64,000 bases of DNA. It comes from Octopus bimaculoides (lineage: Eukaryota). The position numbers were made by a program, and so were the translations under genes. The stretch lies in the NCBI RefSeq assembly GCF_001194135.2, contig NC_068996.1, forward strand, positions 7,388,900-7,452,899, in the 5' to 3' direction. Numbering within the stretch: position 1 is the stretch's first letter; each line of letters begins with the position of its first letter. The notes beneath the pieces are model-generated. The model was not told where the DNA came from, made no database searches, and worked only from the letters and a program-made list of their open reading frames with translations. Below are positions 63,958 to 64,000 of the stretch, one piece after another.

Positions 63958-64000
63958 AGGAGAATGAAAATGTTTTTTTACAAAGAAGTACAAAATGAAG

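Overview
AT-rich, microsatellite-laden eukaryotic genomic DNA with several assembly gaps. The repeat families match what I recall of Octopus (coleoid cephalopod) repeats; this is an inference, not a search result. No complete protein-coding gene is present, and almost all ORFs in the track are microsatellite or SINE read-through. The window looks like long intronic sequence of a + strand gene, with two well-supported small Lys/Glu-rich exons (6631-6770, 31543-31590) and a possible terminal exon (47773-47895). The rest is about 50 copies or fragments of at least six tRNA-derived SINE families, plus decayed LINE pieces (RTE, CR1/Jockey-like, HERO), Penelope-like elements, and DNA transposon relics (DD37D maT, mariner, hAT, possible piggyBac, a Tc1/mariner MITE). 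The most notable signals are three minimal type-I hammerhead-ribozyme topologies at Penelope-like termini (two with a U3-A8 core variant), a nested triple inverted repeat at 59.6-61.6 kb, Penelope-derived palindromes, and module shuffling among SINE families. I found nothing I can defend as a new multi-gene system.
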